From the NCBI GenBank assembly GCA_002269645.1, contig NIVC01000106.1:1-64000 (forward strand): 64,000 nt of DNA, given 5' to 3'. Shown piece by piece: positions 1-13,670 of the stretch. Both the position numbers and the translations under genes were made by a program. Numbering within the stretch: position 1 is the stretch's first letter; each line of letters opens with the position of its first letter. The notes under the pieces are model-generated. The model was given only the letters and a program-made list of their open reading frames with translations, did no database searches and was not told the DNA's origin. The stretch is from Macrostomum lignano. Its lineage: Eukaryota.

Positions 1-36
1 CGACGCTGGTGCCGTTGTTGCTGCTGTTGCTGCTTT

Positions 37-2911
37 TTAGCTAGCAGAACCCGACGTCGCACCGGCAGAGGCAGGGTGGTCACCAGGCGCCGGTTCCCGA
101 CCAGCAGCTCCGGCCGCCGATGCGGTCCGCGCTTCGAATCCGGCAACTCCGCTCGCTTCGTCGTCGATGTTGCTTTCGTCACGATCGGGTCGAAATTTCG
201 TCGTTGTCATCGTTAGCACTGTTGTCATGGAAACCGGCGGCGCTAGCGACAGGCGCGGCGAAATCGGCGGAGCAGACGTAGCGAGGCAGGTCGTAGGGCG
301 ACGAAGAGTGCGGATTGGGGCTGCCGCCGATGCCCATGGTGCAGGAGGGCGGCGCACCAGGTCTGGCGGGATGCCGCAGCAGCGGGTGACGAAAACAGCG
401 GCTGTCGTTCAGCCGATCCGCACACAGACGGGCTGCCGGCATCAGCAGGGGCGACTTTCGCGATAGCAGCCGGCTCCGGAGCACGACGTCGCCGAGTTGC
501 AGGATGTTGACGTAGCCGACGCTACCCCGGTCGCCGCGGCGCCAGAGGAGGCCGAGTGAGTCGAAACCGCTGCACCGTTGGCAGCCGTTGCCGCCGCGAT
601 CCGCCTGGCCGGCCACCCGACTGGCCGCCTCCGCCGCCGCCGCCGCGAAGGAAGAAAAACTCGGCAAATCTGCGAGAATTGCCACCGCCACGGCCACCGT
701 GGCCACCGCTAAAGCCACGACAACCGCTCCGGAGGCGACGCCGACAACAAGAAGAACCGAGGCGCCGACTAAGTCGTTTCGGCTGTCGCCATTTCCAGGG
801 CTTCTACGCCGCCCTCACCGCCACCAACAGCGCTGCCGCCACCATTCCGCGGACGTCGGTCGCGCAGAATGATGATGGAGTTTGTAGAGTTCTCAGCCCC
901 GCTGCAGCTGCTGCTGAAGCCGTCGAGGCTGCGGAAGTTGGTGGACAATTTTGGTGTTGAAACTCCAGCAGCGACAAGCGGCGGCAGCGGAGACGTCGGT
1001 GCTCGTCTGGCAGGGCCGCTAAAATGCGACTCCATCGAGTCGGCTCGAACAGGTCGCAATGACAAGCCAGTTCGGCGTCTCCGAGTTCAATACGAACGCC
1101 GCGGTCGGCTCCAGCGTCAAGCAGGGCGTCGGGCAAGTCGACGAGACCGCTGTCGTGAGGTTCAACAGGCGGAGACTGGTGAAATGTCGCAGGCCGATCA
1201 GATGAGACGCCGGTCCGAGACGGTTTCGGCTGAGGTCGAGCTCGTCCACTTGGCCGGCTCGCGCTGGCGCATCCGGGTCGTGGATGTCGGCAATTCGATT
1301 TCCGCTCAGCCGGAGCCGGTAGCGGACGCGTGAACTCCGACTGGGAGGCGGCGTGGCAAAGCGGTCAGACTGGCCGTTTCGGTGCAGTCTACTGTGAGGC
1401 TGGAATCGGCGACCAGCTCGAAGCAGAGGCAACCTGGTTTTCAGTTGTGCAAGAGGCAGAAAGATTTGTTACAGAGTGTGTTGTTTTGCTGTTTGATTGG
1501 TCTGGCGAACTGTGTCTGTAAAACGCTACGTTTATGATAAACTGCGTTACATTAAAATGACAAAATGTTCTAACTTGTTAATCGATAGATGCGTTCGTTG
1601 GAAGTCCTCTTTTCCTAAACTGTAAAACGCACCCTAAAAACTTTCTGAATTATAGGCCAAATCAATGATTTAATCTCACCTGATGGACAATCGATCCGGT
1701 GATCACACCGCAGCTCGTCGCCTTGTAGGCTGAGCAAAGTTGGCGGCGTCTTGTCGACTCCACCGCCGCCGCTGCGCTCGCACGCAAGTCGAGCCAAGCA
1801 TCGATGGCCAGAGCGTTACGCCGAGCAAACAACCCAGCCGACGGTCTACCGCCACTGATCCGGCTGTCAGCGGAGCCGGAGGCAGCGGCGGCGCTTTTGA
1901 AGTATCGCCAAGCGTGCAGAGCTCGACAGTCGCAGGCAAGGGTGCTGCCCCGGTTGTCCACGTGCAGGAAGGGTTGGAAGGCGTCTCGGTAGAGTTTCAG
2001 ACGGGCGACGACCGCGTCCGGAGCGCCATCGAGAGGCGGCACTGGCAGGCCCCAGAGGCGTCGAAGTCCGAAGGCTTCAGGGCCGAGCTGGTTGTGCGTC
2101 AGTCGCACCGTCAGCCGCAGATAATAGGACGCGTCGGTTGACCTGCGAATTTCGCGCTCGCGTTCCACGGCTCTAATGTCGTCAAGGGTCCATCTCCAAC
2201 GCAGCCGGTTGGTCAGTAGGGTGACCTGATTGTGGCTAAGATTCACCTCCTGCAGGCTGGCCAGGCGAACCAGCGACACGTCAACTTGTTTAACGCGACA
2301 TCGGGCGGCGTTCAACGTTTTTAATCGGCTACGACGTGGATTTGGCAGGTGAGTGACAAAGATTGCTTCTAGTAGAGAATTCTCCGATACGTCCATCACC
2401 TCTAGCGACTCCAAGTAGAGCAGCTGTGTGATGTCCAGTTGCACTAGCTTATTGCCGCGAAGACTCAAACTGCGAAGACGTCGGAGACAGTCTTGCTGCA
2501 GTCTCGGCTCCAGCGGATAAATGAACTCCGCGATGGCATTCTCGGACAGGTCAACCGAGGTCAGATTGGCAAAGCGGCACAGATCGCGAAGCGGAGGCCT
2601 GCGCAATCCAGCCCGAGTCATGCTGAAGTTGCTCACCCGACCCTCGGCCGCCGTTGGCAATCTGCAGCCGTCGTGAGCAGTCAGAGCGTAGCTCGGCGAA
2701 CTGCTGCCGTCAAGCTCGCAACGGTGCACAGTCAGGACGGAGTTTGGCTTCAACGAGCTTCTAGAGTCATCGCTGGGGATTCAAGGATCACGTGACGACA
2801 GGACTGCCAAGCGCAACCGGAGTGGCCGATGGCAGCGGCCGATGACACCACGGATAGGACCGTGAAACATGACAGCAGTCGAACTGAAAGCGCCGCAGCC
2901 GCCGCAGACAT
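37..2911 (-). CDS. Single-pass leucine-rich-repeat membrane protein with Toll-like ectodomain (frameshifted in this assembly)
   Basis: ATG at 2911 gives a signal-peptide-like MSAAAAALSVRLLSCFTVLSVVSSAAA. LRRs follow in ORF 1662-2753 (LTSVDLSENAI, LRSLSLRGNKL, LEVMDVSENSL, LQEVNLSHNQV). Then LRRCT (LACDC...LAC...LRC), an intron 1679-1434 (CAG|GTGAG...CCAG|) joining CPSG-CLC...VDC (LRRNT), further LRRs (LRLSGNRI, LDLSRNRL), a second LRRCT (LACHCD...LRC) and a hydrophobic stretch LVGASVLLVVGVASGAVVVALAVATVAVAVAIL (~770-675). Low-complexity tail follows. Needs at least 4 frame changes (~2781, ~1797, ~1330, ~1170); the 3' end at 37 is tentative. Confidence 0.7.
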
Positions 2912-3488
2912 TCGCTAGCTTCGTGGCCAAACTGCGGGACTCCTATTGAAAGCTTCGATGACTGATCCTCTAGCTGCGTGTCCAGCTCCGGGTTACATGC
3001 TGCGTGCTAGTTTTAAAACAGCACGCCTACATTTCTGTCCGTGGCCTGTCATTGGCTGCGAATCCGCCCCATGCAGCAGCCCTTTTGCCTTCCTGTCTGC
3101 CTGCTACTCTATCCATCCTTCCTGGCAGCACTGGGATGCATCGCAGTTTAATTTTTAAGCCTTGCACGGTCAAAAAAACTTCAAGCGCTCCTCTCCTTTT
3201 CCCTGCACCTATCGCTCGGCTCTCGGGTTCTCTCCCCATCCAACCCGCTTGTCCTTCTTTGCAAAACTCTCTAGAGAGTTTCTGCGACAGGGCAAGCATT
3301 CCTGCAGCACTAAGCTCTGCGTTTCACTGAATTTCTGCTTTTGTTTAATGTCGGAGAAGTAATCCGCTATCTCATCTCATTTCCTGTCTCTATCTCATCC
3401 CTCAATTTGATCTTAATCTCTTGTTTGGCTCCCAAAGTTCCATGTGATTCTCGGAGTTGACTGCTCAATAGCAAAAGTCTGTTTTTGA

Positions 3489-4170
3489 TCTCTCACGATT
3501 GCTTCAAGTCTGGCTGTTTTTCAGTTCTCACGATTGCTTCGAGTCTGCTTTTGGGTTCTCACAATTGCTTCAAGTCTGGCTGTTTTTCAGTTCTCACGAT
3601 TGCTTCGAGTCTGCTTTTGGGTTCTCACAATTGCTTCAAGTCTGGCTGTTGTTCAGTTTTCACGATTGCTTCGAGTCTGCTTTTGGGTTCTCAGGATTGC
3701 TTTGAGTCTGCTTTTGGGTTCTCACGATTGCTTCAAGTCTGGCTGTTGTTCAGTTCTCACGATTGCTTCGAGTCTGCTTTTGGGTTCTCAGGATTGCTTT
3801 GAGTCTGCTTTTGGGTTCTCACGATTGCTTCGAGTCTGCTTTTGGGTTCTCAGGATTGCTTTGAGTCTGCTTTTGGGTTCTCACGATTGCTTCGAGTCTG
3901 CTTTTGGGTTCTCACGATTGCTTCGAGTCTGCTTTTGGGTTCTCACGATTGCTTCGAGTCTGCTTTTGGGTTCTCACGATTGCTTCGAGTCTGCTTTTGG
4001 GTTCTCACGATTGCTTCGAGTCTGTCTGCTTTTGAGTTCTCACGGTCTGTTTTTGAGTTCTCACGTCGATTGCTTCAGGTCTGCTTTTGAGTTCTCACGG
4101 TCTGTTTTTGAGTTCTCACGTCGATTGCTTCAACTCTGCTTTTGAGTTCTCACGATTGCTTCAAGTCTGA
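3489..4170. repeat. Tandem minisatellite, 31-bp unit TTGCTTCGAGTCTGCTTTTGGGTTCTCACGA with 35-bp variants
   Basis: Directly visible periodicity; explains the repetitive ORFs 3485-4145. Confidence 0.9.
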
Positions 4171-4742
4171 GTCCTTCGAGATTTCCCCTCTATCCTTCCT
4201 ATCTGAAAAAGAAGTTTAGCAAAACAATTGCATATTCAAGGCAGGTCAAATTGCTAAACCCAACAACCGAACGCATAGCAATTTTCTTGAAATAACTACC
4301 AGGCCAAGGCAGCATCAGTCAACCAGCAGAGTGACATGACCTGACACGAACTGTCAATCATTAATTAGCCCAACCAGCTGTGAGTCTGCGGCTCAATCGA
4401 TAGCTTCGATATCATATTTCATATCTATAGTTTAGGAAACTTTTCTCTAGCCGGTGACTATTTGAATAAATAAATTATAAAGTTCTCAAGTCTGTCAACT
4501 TCAAGGATTTGATTAATTACTGGTCAAACTCTGGCTTGAGCAGTGCAGTACAAGCACTATAGGGGCGATATGAACTGCAGCTCTGACCCCGCACGAAACT
4601 GAGACCCCAGCCTCACTGACAGTTTCATCAGCTGCTCTATTTGATAATTATTTAGCTTTGAGTATCAGCTTACCTGTCTATTACCTGCCTCTTCTATTCA
4701 GTCATCTTGGAACTTGGAAGGCTTACTTTCCAGCCTAAAACA

Positions 4743-5980
4743 GTTCCCCCAACTCCAGTTCCCCAACTCCAGTTCCCCAACTCCAGTTCCCCAACTCCAG
4801 TTCCCCAACTCCAGTTCCCCAACTCCAGTTCCCCAACTCCAGTTCCCCAACTCCAGTTCCCCAACTCCAGTTCCCCAACTCCAGTTCCCCAACTCCAGTT
4901 CCCCAACTCCAGTTCCCCAACTCCAGTTCCCCAACTCCAGTTCCCCAACTCCAGTTCCCCAACTCCAGTTCCCCAACTCCAGTTCCCCAACTCCAGTTCC
5001 CCAACTCCAGTTCCCCAACTCCAGTTCCCCAACTTCAGTTCCCCAACTCCAGTCCCCCAACTCCAGTCCCCCAACTCCAGTTCCCCAACTCCAGTTCCCC
5101 CAACTCCAGTTCCCCAACTCCAGATCCCCAACTCCAGTTCCCCAACTCCAGTTCCCCCAACTCCAGTTCCCCAACTCCAGATCCCCAACTCCAGTTCCCC
5201 AACTCCAGTTCCCCAACTCCGGTTCCCCCAACTCCAGTTCCCCAACTCCAGTTCCCCAACTCCAGTTCCCCAACTCCAGTTCCCCAACTCCAGTTCCCCA
5301 ACTCCAGTTCCCCAACTCCAGTTCCCCAACTCCAGTCCCCCAACTCCAGTCCCCCAACTCCAGTTCCCCAACTCCAGTTCCCCAACTCCAGTTCCCCAAC
5401 TCCAGATCCCCAACTCCAGTTCCCCAACTCCAGTTCCCCAACTCCGGTTCCCCCAACTCCAGTTCCCCAACTCCAGTTCCCCAACTCCAGTTCCCCAACT
5501 CCAGTTCCCCAACTCCAGTTCCCCAACTCCAGTTCCCCAACTCCAGTTCCCCAACTCCAGATCCCCAACTCCAGTTCCCCAACTCCAGTTCCCCAACTCC
5601 AGTTCCCCAACTCCAGATCCCCAACTCCAGTTCCCCAACTCCAGTTCCCCAACTCCAGTTCCCCAACTCCAGTTCCCCAACTCCAGTTCCCCCAACTCCA
5701 GATCCCCAACTCCAGTTCCCCAACTCCAGTTCCCCCAACTCCAGTTCCCCAACTCCAGTTCCCCAACTCCAGTTCCCCAACTCCAGTTCCCCAACTCCAG
5801 TTCCCCAACTCCAGTTCCCCAACTCCAGTTCCCCAACTCCAGTTCCCCAACTCCAGTTCCCCAACTCCAGTTCCCCAACTCCAGTTCCCCAACTCCAGTT
5901 CCCCAACTCCAGTTCCCCAACTCCAGTTCCCCAACTCCAGTTCCCCAACTCCAGTTCCCCAACTCCAGTTCCCCAACTCC
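4743..5980. repeat. Tandem minisatellite, 14-bp unit CCCCAACTCCAGTT
   Basis: About 1.24 kb of nearly perfect copies; open in several frames on both strands, so not coding. Confidence 0.95.
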
Positions 5981-6162
5981 TTGCTGGCTTGAGAGTTTCA
6001 AATTGAGAATTTTCACGTTGACTGAGACTGAAGATTCAGGTAGGATTTTTATATTACCTATCGCATTTGGTGCTGATTGTTGGTTGATGGGAAAACTGCC
6101 TTTGAGGAAACGGCTTTCTGCTTTGCAATCAAAGGTTGAATAGAAGGTAGGGTGAGATGAGT

Positions 6163-6320
6163 AGAGATGGAGATGGAGATGGAGATGTAGAGTAAGATAG
6201 AGATGGAGATGAGATAGAGATACAGATGGAGATGGAGATGGAGATGGAGATGGAGATAGAGATGGAGAGAGAGAGGGAGAGGGAGAGGGAGAGGGAAAGG
6301 GAGATAGGGAGGTAGAGAGG
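6163..6320. repeat. (GAGATG)n / GA-rich microsatellite
   Basis: Visible hexamer repeat grading into GA-rich sequence. Confidence 0.85.
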
Positions 6321-6789
6321 CAGAAGCAGTGGGAATAAAAATGCGATACCAGATAGCCACGGAGAGAGGTAGAAAGCATAAGACAGGTTAGATAAAGGTC
6401 TCTCCTCTGGTTTCGAAATCATCTTCAAGAACCATGCACGCTGCGTAATAAGTACTCAGAAAGTCTTCGGATTTCTAAGAAAAGATTATTCCTCGGACAG
6501 TCGCAAGGAAAATGAGACCAATTAATGAATTAATATTTCTTTGATGCATTTATACGTGAGTCAATGACTGGTGAGTGAGTTCTGAAGTCAGTTGAACGGC
6601 TATGCGAGGTTAAGGCCATAATGGGATGCAATTGTGCGACTTTCAACAATCAAACAACTAATCCTATGTAGATGGCTCAAATTACATTAATATTTAATAA
6701 ATTTAGTAACTTTAGCGAATTAGGCAATTGATATACGCTCGTGTACTCGTAGTAATTGCAAGAAATTTAGGCCTTGAAAAATTGTCTCT

Positions 6790-7310
6790 CAGTCTACCTC
6801 TCGCTATCTCTCGCCTACCTTTTAATCTACCTTAATTGTCTACCTTTCTGTCCGCTAATTGTCTACTTTTCAGTCTAATTGTCTACCTCTCAGTCTACTA
6901 CTTACCTAACCTACCTCTCAGTCTACTAATTACCTACCTATCAGTCTACAATTTACCTACCTCTCAGTCTACTAACTACCTACCTCTCAGTCTACTAATT
7001 GACTACCTCTCAATCTACTAATTAACTACCTCTCAGTCTACTAATTACCTACCTCTCAGTCTACTAATTACCTAACTCTCAGTCTACTAATTGACTACCT
7101 CTCAGTCTACTAATTACCTACCTCTCAGTCTACTAATTGACTACCTCTCAGTCTACTAATTACCTACCTCTCAGTCTACTAACTACCTACCTCTCAGTCT
7201 ACTAATTACCTACCTCTCAGTCTACTAATTACCTAACTCTCAGTCTACTAATTGACTACCTCTCAGTCTACTAATTACCTACCTATCAGTCTACTAATTG
7301 TCTACCTCTC
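6790..7310. repeat. Tandem minisatellite, ~23-bp unit CCTACCTCTCAGTCTACTAATTA
   Basis: Visible periodicity. Confidence 0.9.
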
Positions 7311-8568
7311 TTCAGCTTACTCGCTGATGGCTGTGCCTCATTGAAATCTCAAACTACTAACAAACTACTAGCAATACTACTACCAACCAGTGCTGCAATC
7401 TTGCACAATTGCAAAGCAGGGTATAAAATTTCTCGCTTCCTCAAAGTCCCCCGTTTTATTCATTAAGAAATGCAAGCAAGTACAAACAATTTCTGGTTGG
7501 TATGGACTTGGACAATAAGGAGAGGCCAAGTTTGAATAAGATGGAACAAGGTCAGGACTGACCACCCACAGCTTTCACCTGTAGCCCCCTGCCTACCTGC
7601 CCTATCCCTACCATCTCAATTCACCGCACTATGAGGGCCACTGCTCCTCCGCCACCGCTGCAGCCCTAACGAGTTGCTGTCCTTCAGCTCCCGCCTCCAC
7701 AGCCCCAGCAACCGGGGCCTCCTACCAAATCGATGCTCTCTTCTGTTTCCTTCCAGCCAAGTGTTGGCAGCGTGCAGTTTCTCTCTCGCCGCGTCTCTCC
7801 CAATCCATCTGCTCCATCTCTTCTTCAGCCTCTCAGCCTCTCCTCTGTGAACTTCTCTTCTCCCTGCGCAAAATACATCCTAATTCACACACACACTCTC
7901 TCACACACACATCGCTGAATGGTGGAACACCTCTCTCAACTTACCGCTGCAAACGAAGGCCCTTCTCAGAGAGTGAGGAGGCTGTAAAGACTGCTTCATA
8001 TATATGAAAAAGGGGGGCAAACGGCAACTTAAACCGAGGGACTCTGTGACATCCGCCAGCTTTTCGTTTTTCGAGGAGGCTCTTCCCCCTCCTTTTCGTT
8101 CTGGCCTGGCGTGGAAGCGGCTAGCTTCCTCGTCTTGGTCTGCTGGTGGGGGACGGATCCCCCCTGCTGCTTTTTTGCGGGGCAGGTGGCTGCTAAGTAG
8201 TTGGCTGCTGGCTAAGCGCCAACTACCCATCGACAGCCCTTAGTTGCAACTGGTACCACACGGGTTCTCGAGGGCCGCTCTTGTGGGGGAGGGCTCGGGC
8301 GTCGGCTGTCAACTCGACCTGGCGCCTGTGTCCCAAGCCCGCAGCCGGCCTCCCGCCCCCTGATCTTGCAGAGTGTGGACCGGGGGCCTGCCGGAGCCTC
8401 GCCTGGGAGCAATCCTGGGATAAGACGGCAACCCAAAGCTTCTCTGCTGTTTACCGTGGCAGAGGGTAGCTCCACGGAGCTGGCTGGGGGTATATCCAGT
8501 CCCCGAGCGGTTACCCCCCTCTTTTCTACATTTCAGTTTTTCCATTTCAGCCTACTCTGCATGGATAA

Positions 8569-9482
<914 letters not shown>

Positions 9483-9483
<1 letters not shown>

Positions 9484-12400
9484 TGCCGTTCCCAACCCCG
9501 TGCCAAACTAGGAGCGGGGCGCTGAGGGCGAACCTTAACGGCCAGCCAATGATGACACTGCCACCAGCAACCAAATAAATAATCCGCCGCCGGCGAACCA
9601 ACCTGTTAACCTGCACATTATTCAGATCAACCTGCACCACGCCCTTGCAGCATCTAGCAACCTTTCAGGCACCTTTGCCAACAAGGAAGTTGACATCTAC
9701 CTTATTCAGGAACCGTATACCCGCAAGGGGAAGCCGACCTGCCTGCCGCCAGGCTATCAGGTTCTGTACCTCTGCGCGAACGACACCCCCAGAGCTATCG
9801 CCCTCGTCAAAAACGACCTCCCGGCCACTATTATGCCAATGTTTTGCTCTAAAGACATGTGTACTTTCTCAGTCTTTGACTTGACCTTCGTTTCCGCTTA
9901 CCTGGACATTCAGGAGGACGTCCCTCCCCCCCTCCTGCAGGAGCTGGCGGACTTCTGTAATCTCCAGGATCGGAAGCTTATCGTTAGCTGCGATGCTAAC
10001 GCCCACAACACTGCCTGGTCTAGTAGCGATACTAACAGGCGCGGTGACTTACTAATTGATTTCATTAACTCCTCCTCGTTACACATTTGCAACAGAGGCA
10101 GCAAACCCACATTTATTGTCTCTAATCGGCGTGAGGTTATCGACCTCACTCTCGTCTCCAACAACGCCCTCAATCAGGTCCACAGCTGGCTGGTTAGGGA
10201 TGACCTCCCATCGCTTTCCGACCACTCGTACATTCAGTACAGCATCAGCTCCGTCGGAGCCCGTCATGAGAACCGGGACCGCCTTAATTTGAAAAAGGCC
10301 GACTGGACAGGTTTTCGAAGAGACCTGCTAAAACTCCTGACCGAAGCCAACTTACCGGACTCCAGCGAGGATCTCCCTGGCATTGAGCATCGGTGCAACT
10401 CCCTCGTTGAGATCCTAAACACCGCCATACGCGCTAACGCCCCTAAGCTGTTTTGCAGGAAGAAATACTCTCCTTGGTGGAGTCAAGAGCTCACTCGCAT
10501 GAAGAAAAACACCCGCCGACTGCAACGCCTCGCAAACGGCTCGAATACCCCAGAGGATTGGGAGAACTACCACTCTGCTCTGAGGATGTACAAAAGTGCT
10601 ATCCGAAGGGCTAAGAAGACCACCTGGAAAGCCTACTGCGCCGGCCTGGAAGGGCAACACCCCACAGCCCGGCTGGCCAGGACTCTCAGGCACGACACGC
10701 TAGCTCAGTGTAACTCCCTTCTGCACCTGGATGGTAACTACACTACCAGTGCCGAAGGTTCGCTAAATCTTCTTTTCTCCACCTGCTTTCCGCAGGTTGA
10801 CGAACCGGAGTACGTGGTCGATGACCACAGGCCTTGTGATCACAAGCTTTTCCAGCAGTGCGCCACCCCCAGCTACTCCAGCTGGCAGCAAATTCTTTTA
10901 AACCGTATAAATCGTCTGGCCCTGACAATATCGCCCCCTGTATCCTGCAGGAGGCGCTAAAGCTGCAAAACTTTGCTGATTCTTTCTCTAAATTGCTTGT
11001 TGACTGTTATACCACAGGTTACATTCCCACAATCTGGAGAATGTCCAGAGTCGTGTTCATCCCGAAACCTGCTAAGGGTGACTACACCAACGTGAAATCC
11101 TTCCGGCCCATCAGCCTCACTTCCTTTTGTGTTAAGCTGATGGAGAGGCTCATCCTGTGGAGGCTTCGAGAGTGCGACCTGCGCTCCGACCCTGTCAGTA
11201 AGTACCAGTACGCCTTCCAGCCTGGGAGGACGACTGAGCATGCTCTCCACGCCATTACCTCCAAAATTGAGAGTGCCATCCTTAGCAAACAACTCGCTTG
11301 CGGGTTGTTCGTTGACTTCGAAGGAGCATTTGACAATGTCCTCTTCCGCTCCTTCAGAAATTCTCTTTCCCGCAGGAATGTAAGACACAGCATTGTTCGC
11401 TGGATTTATTTTATGATCCGCAAAAGGTTTGTGACATCCACACTTATGGGCGTTACCCTCACCCGGGCGGTGATGAAAGGCGGCCCGCAAGGTGGCGTGC
11501 TAACTCCACTTCTCTGGAATCTCGTCATGGACGAACTTCTAACCGCTGACATTCCCAGCAGTATCACCAGGGCGGGCTACGCCGATGACGTTGCCGCGGT
11601 CGTCAGCGGACCCGACCCCGCCACTCTGCGCAACCTGATGCAGCAATTCGCCGACAAGGCGGCCGACTGGGCTACACAGCATGGCCTAAAAATCAGCGTC
11701 ACTAAGACTGTCGCTGTCGTTTTCACCAAGCGCCGTAAATGGGAGATGAAAAACCTCACTGTCTATGGCAGAAACATCCCCTTCAAGAAGGAGGTCAAAT
11801 ACCTCGGTGTGACGCTAACGCATGACCTGCGCTGGACGAAGCACCTTGATAACGTCATCGGTCGGGCAAAACGCTGCTTTGCCCAGCTGCGCAGAGCCAT
11901 CGGGCCGACTTGGGGCCTCTCGCCTAGAACGGTCCGTTGGATTTATACCGGCATCATCCGGCCCAGTATCACATACGCGAGTCTCATCTGGACTAGCGTG
12001 CTGGAGCAGAAGGCCGCCCGTCAGCGGCTGTACCAGCTTCAGGGCAGCATTTGCCGTGCCATCACAGGTGCGTACCCGTCCACCCCTTACGAGGGGCTGA
12101 ACACTATCCTTAACCTACCTCCGCTTCACCTATTTATTAGGGCGGAGGCTATGAAGTCTGCCTCCCGGCTTATCAGAGATAAAACGTTAAATAACGCGCC
12201 CTCTGGCTTTATGCCAATGAAAACATTAATCCCGCATATGGACTTTGTCCGCCGCGACCTTAACAACATCCACATGGACCTGGGCAATGTGGATAGTCGA
12301 CCTCCCGCCCTCAACATCAGGAGGGGCTTCAAGACCGCCATCCCTGGCCGAGACAACATTCCGCTGGATGTCGGTGTGAACCGGCGCAGCCAGGGCATTC

Positions 12401-13299
12401 ACTGCTTCACCGACGGCTCGCTGTTCAACGGCCGCGCTGGAGCGGGTATTGCCATTTTCCACGAGGGTAAGATGCTTCTCCAGGAAAGTCTGCACCTCGG
12501 TGAGAACACCTCAGTTTTCCAAGCTGAAATTTGCGCCATTGAGCAGTGTGCCCAGCAACTGTTTCAGGCGAACATTAATAATTTTGACATTAATTTCTAC
12601 ACTGATAGCCAAGCTGCTATTAAGGCCTTAACCACTGAGAATATCTCCGCTGCTACAGTATCTCAATGCCACCGCAGTGTGCAATCTCTCTCAGTCCTTA
12701 ACAGGATTAGAATTATCTGGACACCTGGTCACAGCAACATCCTGGGCAACGAGCTCGCGGACTCTCTCGCCAAGGAGGGCAGCAACCCAGACGGCAACCA
12801 CCGTCTGATGAGGCTACCCACCCCCAGGTCGCAAGTCACCCGCCATATCAACAGGTGGCTCCATCAGCAGCACCAGCTCCACTGGAACAGCTGCACCGAG
12901 TACAGGCAGAGCCGCTCTGCCATGCCTAACCTGAACAGGAAAGTCTCTGGTTATCTGATTTCGCTTAACAGAACCGACCTCAGGGAGATGTGCATGGTCC
13001 TAACCGGCCACGGATTCTTCCAGAGACATATATCGTTGCAAACCGGTTGCCCTCCCACCTGTCCCTTCTGTGGCATAGGAGAGGAGACCGCGGAGCATCA
13101 CGTCACCTTCTGCCCTTACTTCAACAAGGCGCGGCACAAATACCTCGGCCACCCCCAGCGGATGGACGAGCTGACCACCGCGGACAATATCCGAGACCTC
13201 CGCGCCTTCGTCCGGGACTCCGGCCGGATGAGGGTCGCCGATGCCTCCACTGCGGACCTGCCGACTACTGGCGGGGACTGGGCGCACCCCCAAGGCTAA
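9483..13299 (+). CDS. LINE ORF2: apurinic endonuclease, reverse transcriptase, RNase H, C-terminal Cys/His motif (two 1-bp frameshifts)
   Basis: APE motifs [30 protein letters not shown] motifs [36 protein letters not shown]. RNase H FTDGS, FQAEI, TDSQAAI, WTPGH..GNELAD; terminal CPFC...HHVTFC. Frame changes at ~9570 and ~10866-10870. Confidence 0.9.
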
Positions 13300-13670
13300 T
13301 CCTTGTGCTCTTTTACCTTGGGGTTGCGATAGGGGCCTCGCGGCCTATTCGCGGCGCCTGCGCCCCCCGTCAGTAGTAAGTAAGTAAGTATATATGAAAA
13401 AACTGTACCCGGGACACTAGAGAGTGAGAGTGGCATGACGAGTCATTTCTAAATAGGCCGGACCCATTGTTAGGAAGAGAAGTTAAACAGTGAACCAAGT
13501 TTGTGTGCTCAAGATGCGTGCCCGACTGAGGAACAGAAAGAGATATTGCTCTCTCGCAAATCCTGTTTCAGTTGGCATGACACGCGAGATATTAGCCTTC
13601 TAGATTGCCAAGAAAGTAGCAGTTGTATAATAGCAGCTTTAATCGGTGAATGAATCTGTGAATGGTACAT

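Noticed and set aside
167-2795. Plus-strand ORFs over the LRR gene
   Set aside because: Antisense shadows of a GC-rich coding region.
3040-3075. CCAAT and GC boxes upstream of the LRR gene
   Set aside because: Short motifs expected by chance; no TSS evidence.
4694-6379. Long ORFs of 313-561 aa (GNWSWGTGVGELEL / PTPVPQLQFPNSSS)
   Set aside because: Artefacts of a stop-free 14-bp repeat, open on both strands.
7361-7600. Old LINE 3' remnant on the minus strand with a TAG-rich tail
   Set aside because: Only a vague HFL-type resemblance; no RT motif to support it.
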